Source: Takakia lepidozioides
Lineage: Eukaryota; Plantae; Bryophyta
Assembly (NCBI GenBank): GCA_030704615.1
Contig: CM060731.1
Coordinates: 15,872,001-15,936,000, forward strand
Length of the DNA: 64,000 nucleotides
Reading direction: 5' to 3'
Positions within the stretch are counted from its first letter, which is position 1. Each line of letters opens with the position of its first letter. A model generated the notes under the pieces. That model did no database searches. It had not been told where the DNA came from and worked only from the letters and a program-made list of their open reading frames with translations. This document shows positions 63,266 to 64,000 of this stretch, one piece after another. The position numbers were made by a program, and so were the translations under genes.

Positions 63266-64000
63266 CACTACAACAGATGAGCGTTTTTATGACTTCACAT
63301 ATGACTATTTTTTCAGTCTTATATGCGTTCATGACTACATCACTCTGTAGTGAAAAAAACCCTGTCATAGCGACTAGTCTTTAGGACTGCGTTTTGCAAG
63401 TCATATCCATGACTGCTTGCGTGGCACCTGGAGTCCTGCTGCAAAGAGGGTTGCAGTCACAACTATATGACTAATATATGACTACATTGTCTGTTGAGCG
63501 CTGCCTACATGGAGAGGCTTCAGCGGGACACGTGCGCCACTGCACAAGCGACACGTCATGCATTCGTCAGGGGATCATATGACTATATGTCTACAAAGTG
63601 ATGCCTACATGGAGAGGCGACGGATGGACACGTGCGCCACTGCGAATTTGACATGTCACAACTTCTTGCCATGATCATATGACTACATGTCTGCACAGTG
63701 ATGCCTACATGGAGAGGCGCTAGCGAGACACGTGTGCTATGGCAGATTTCACACGTGGTGACTACATGACTCGCTCATATGACTACAGGGATGTCTACAT
63801 GGAGAGATATTAGCGGGACACCTGTTGCACTTGAGATGTGACATGTGGCACACAGACAAAATATATGACTAGCATATATGACTACGGATCTTTACACGTG
63901 GTGAAAATATGGATAAAGAATGTCGTGTCATATACTGCCACGTGTTCTGGTTTGAGCAAGAGTGATGCCACGTGTCATCAAGATTGTTTTCCGAAATAGT
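63266..64000 (+). mobile_element. CACTA element terminus, probably running off the window
   Basis: CACTACAACAGA at 63266 followed by many ATATGACTA/TAGTC motifs and a ~100-bp tandem array. Confidence 0.65.
63476..63870. repeat. ~100-bp tandem repeat x4
   Basis: G(C/T)CTACATGGAGAG at 63503, 63603, 63703 and 63793 (periods 100, 100, 90). Each unit also carries ATATGACTA. Confidence 0.85.

Noticed and set aside
5052-63277. The two CACTACAACAGA sequences as ends of one giant element carrying the genes
   Set aside because: They are in the same orientation, not inverted.
63266-63352. Miniature CACTA element bounded by CACTACA and TGTAGTG
   Set aside because: The 3-bp flanks do not match (CAG versus AAA), and the subterminal repeats continue well beyond.

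Overview
Eukaryotic nuclear DNA from a land plant. The intron-rich genes, PLS/DYW PPR relics and TE types suggest a seed-free lineage, but that is inference. Five apparently intact genes: an ANTH/AP180-type clathrin assembly protein (+, 11827-18532), an AFG1/LACE1-family ATPase (+, 19954-26090), a glutathione peroxidase (-, 29913-27423), a full-size PDR-type ABCG transporter (-, 42870-31958) and a family-1 UDP-glycosyltransferase (-, 49288-47190). There are also two decayed PLS-class PPR genes. The first 11 kb is a TE patchwork: a MULE-like element, a BED-hAT relic, four copies of a tRNA-derived SINE, a CACTA end and four hAT MITEs. The last 14 kb holds two related non-canonical LINEs, a decayed Ty1/copia element and a CACTA end. 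The most unusual structures are: (1) three different hAT MITEs stacked in series at one 8-bp target, giving four perfect GTTTGGAC copies; (2) a LINE whose ORF1 and AUG-less ORF2 are in one frame, separated only by a single TAG (candidate stop-codon readthrough); (3) an ~830-bp inverted copy of the UGT promoter and exon 1 placed downstream of the gene (candidate antisense/hairpin RNA source); (4) a 3'-end motif shared by the SINE and the LINE. All coordinates were read by eye and no searches were run.
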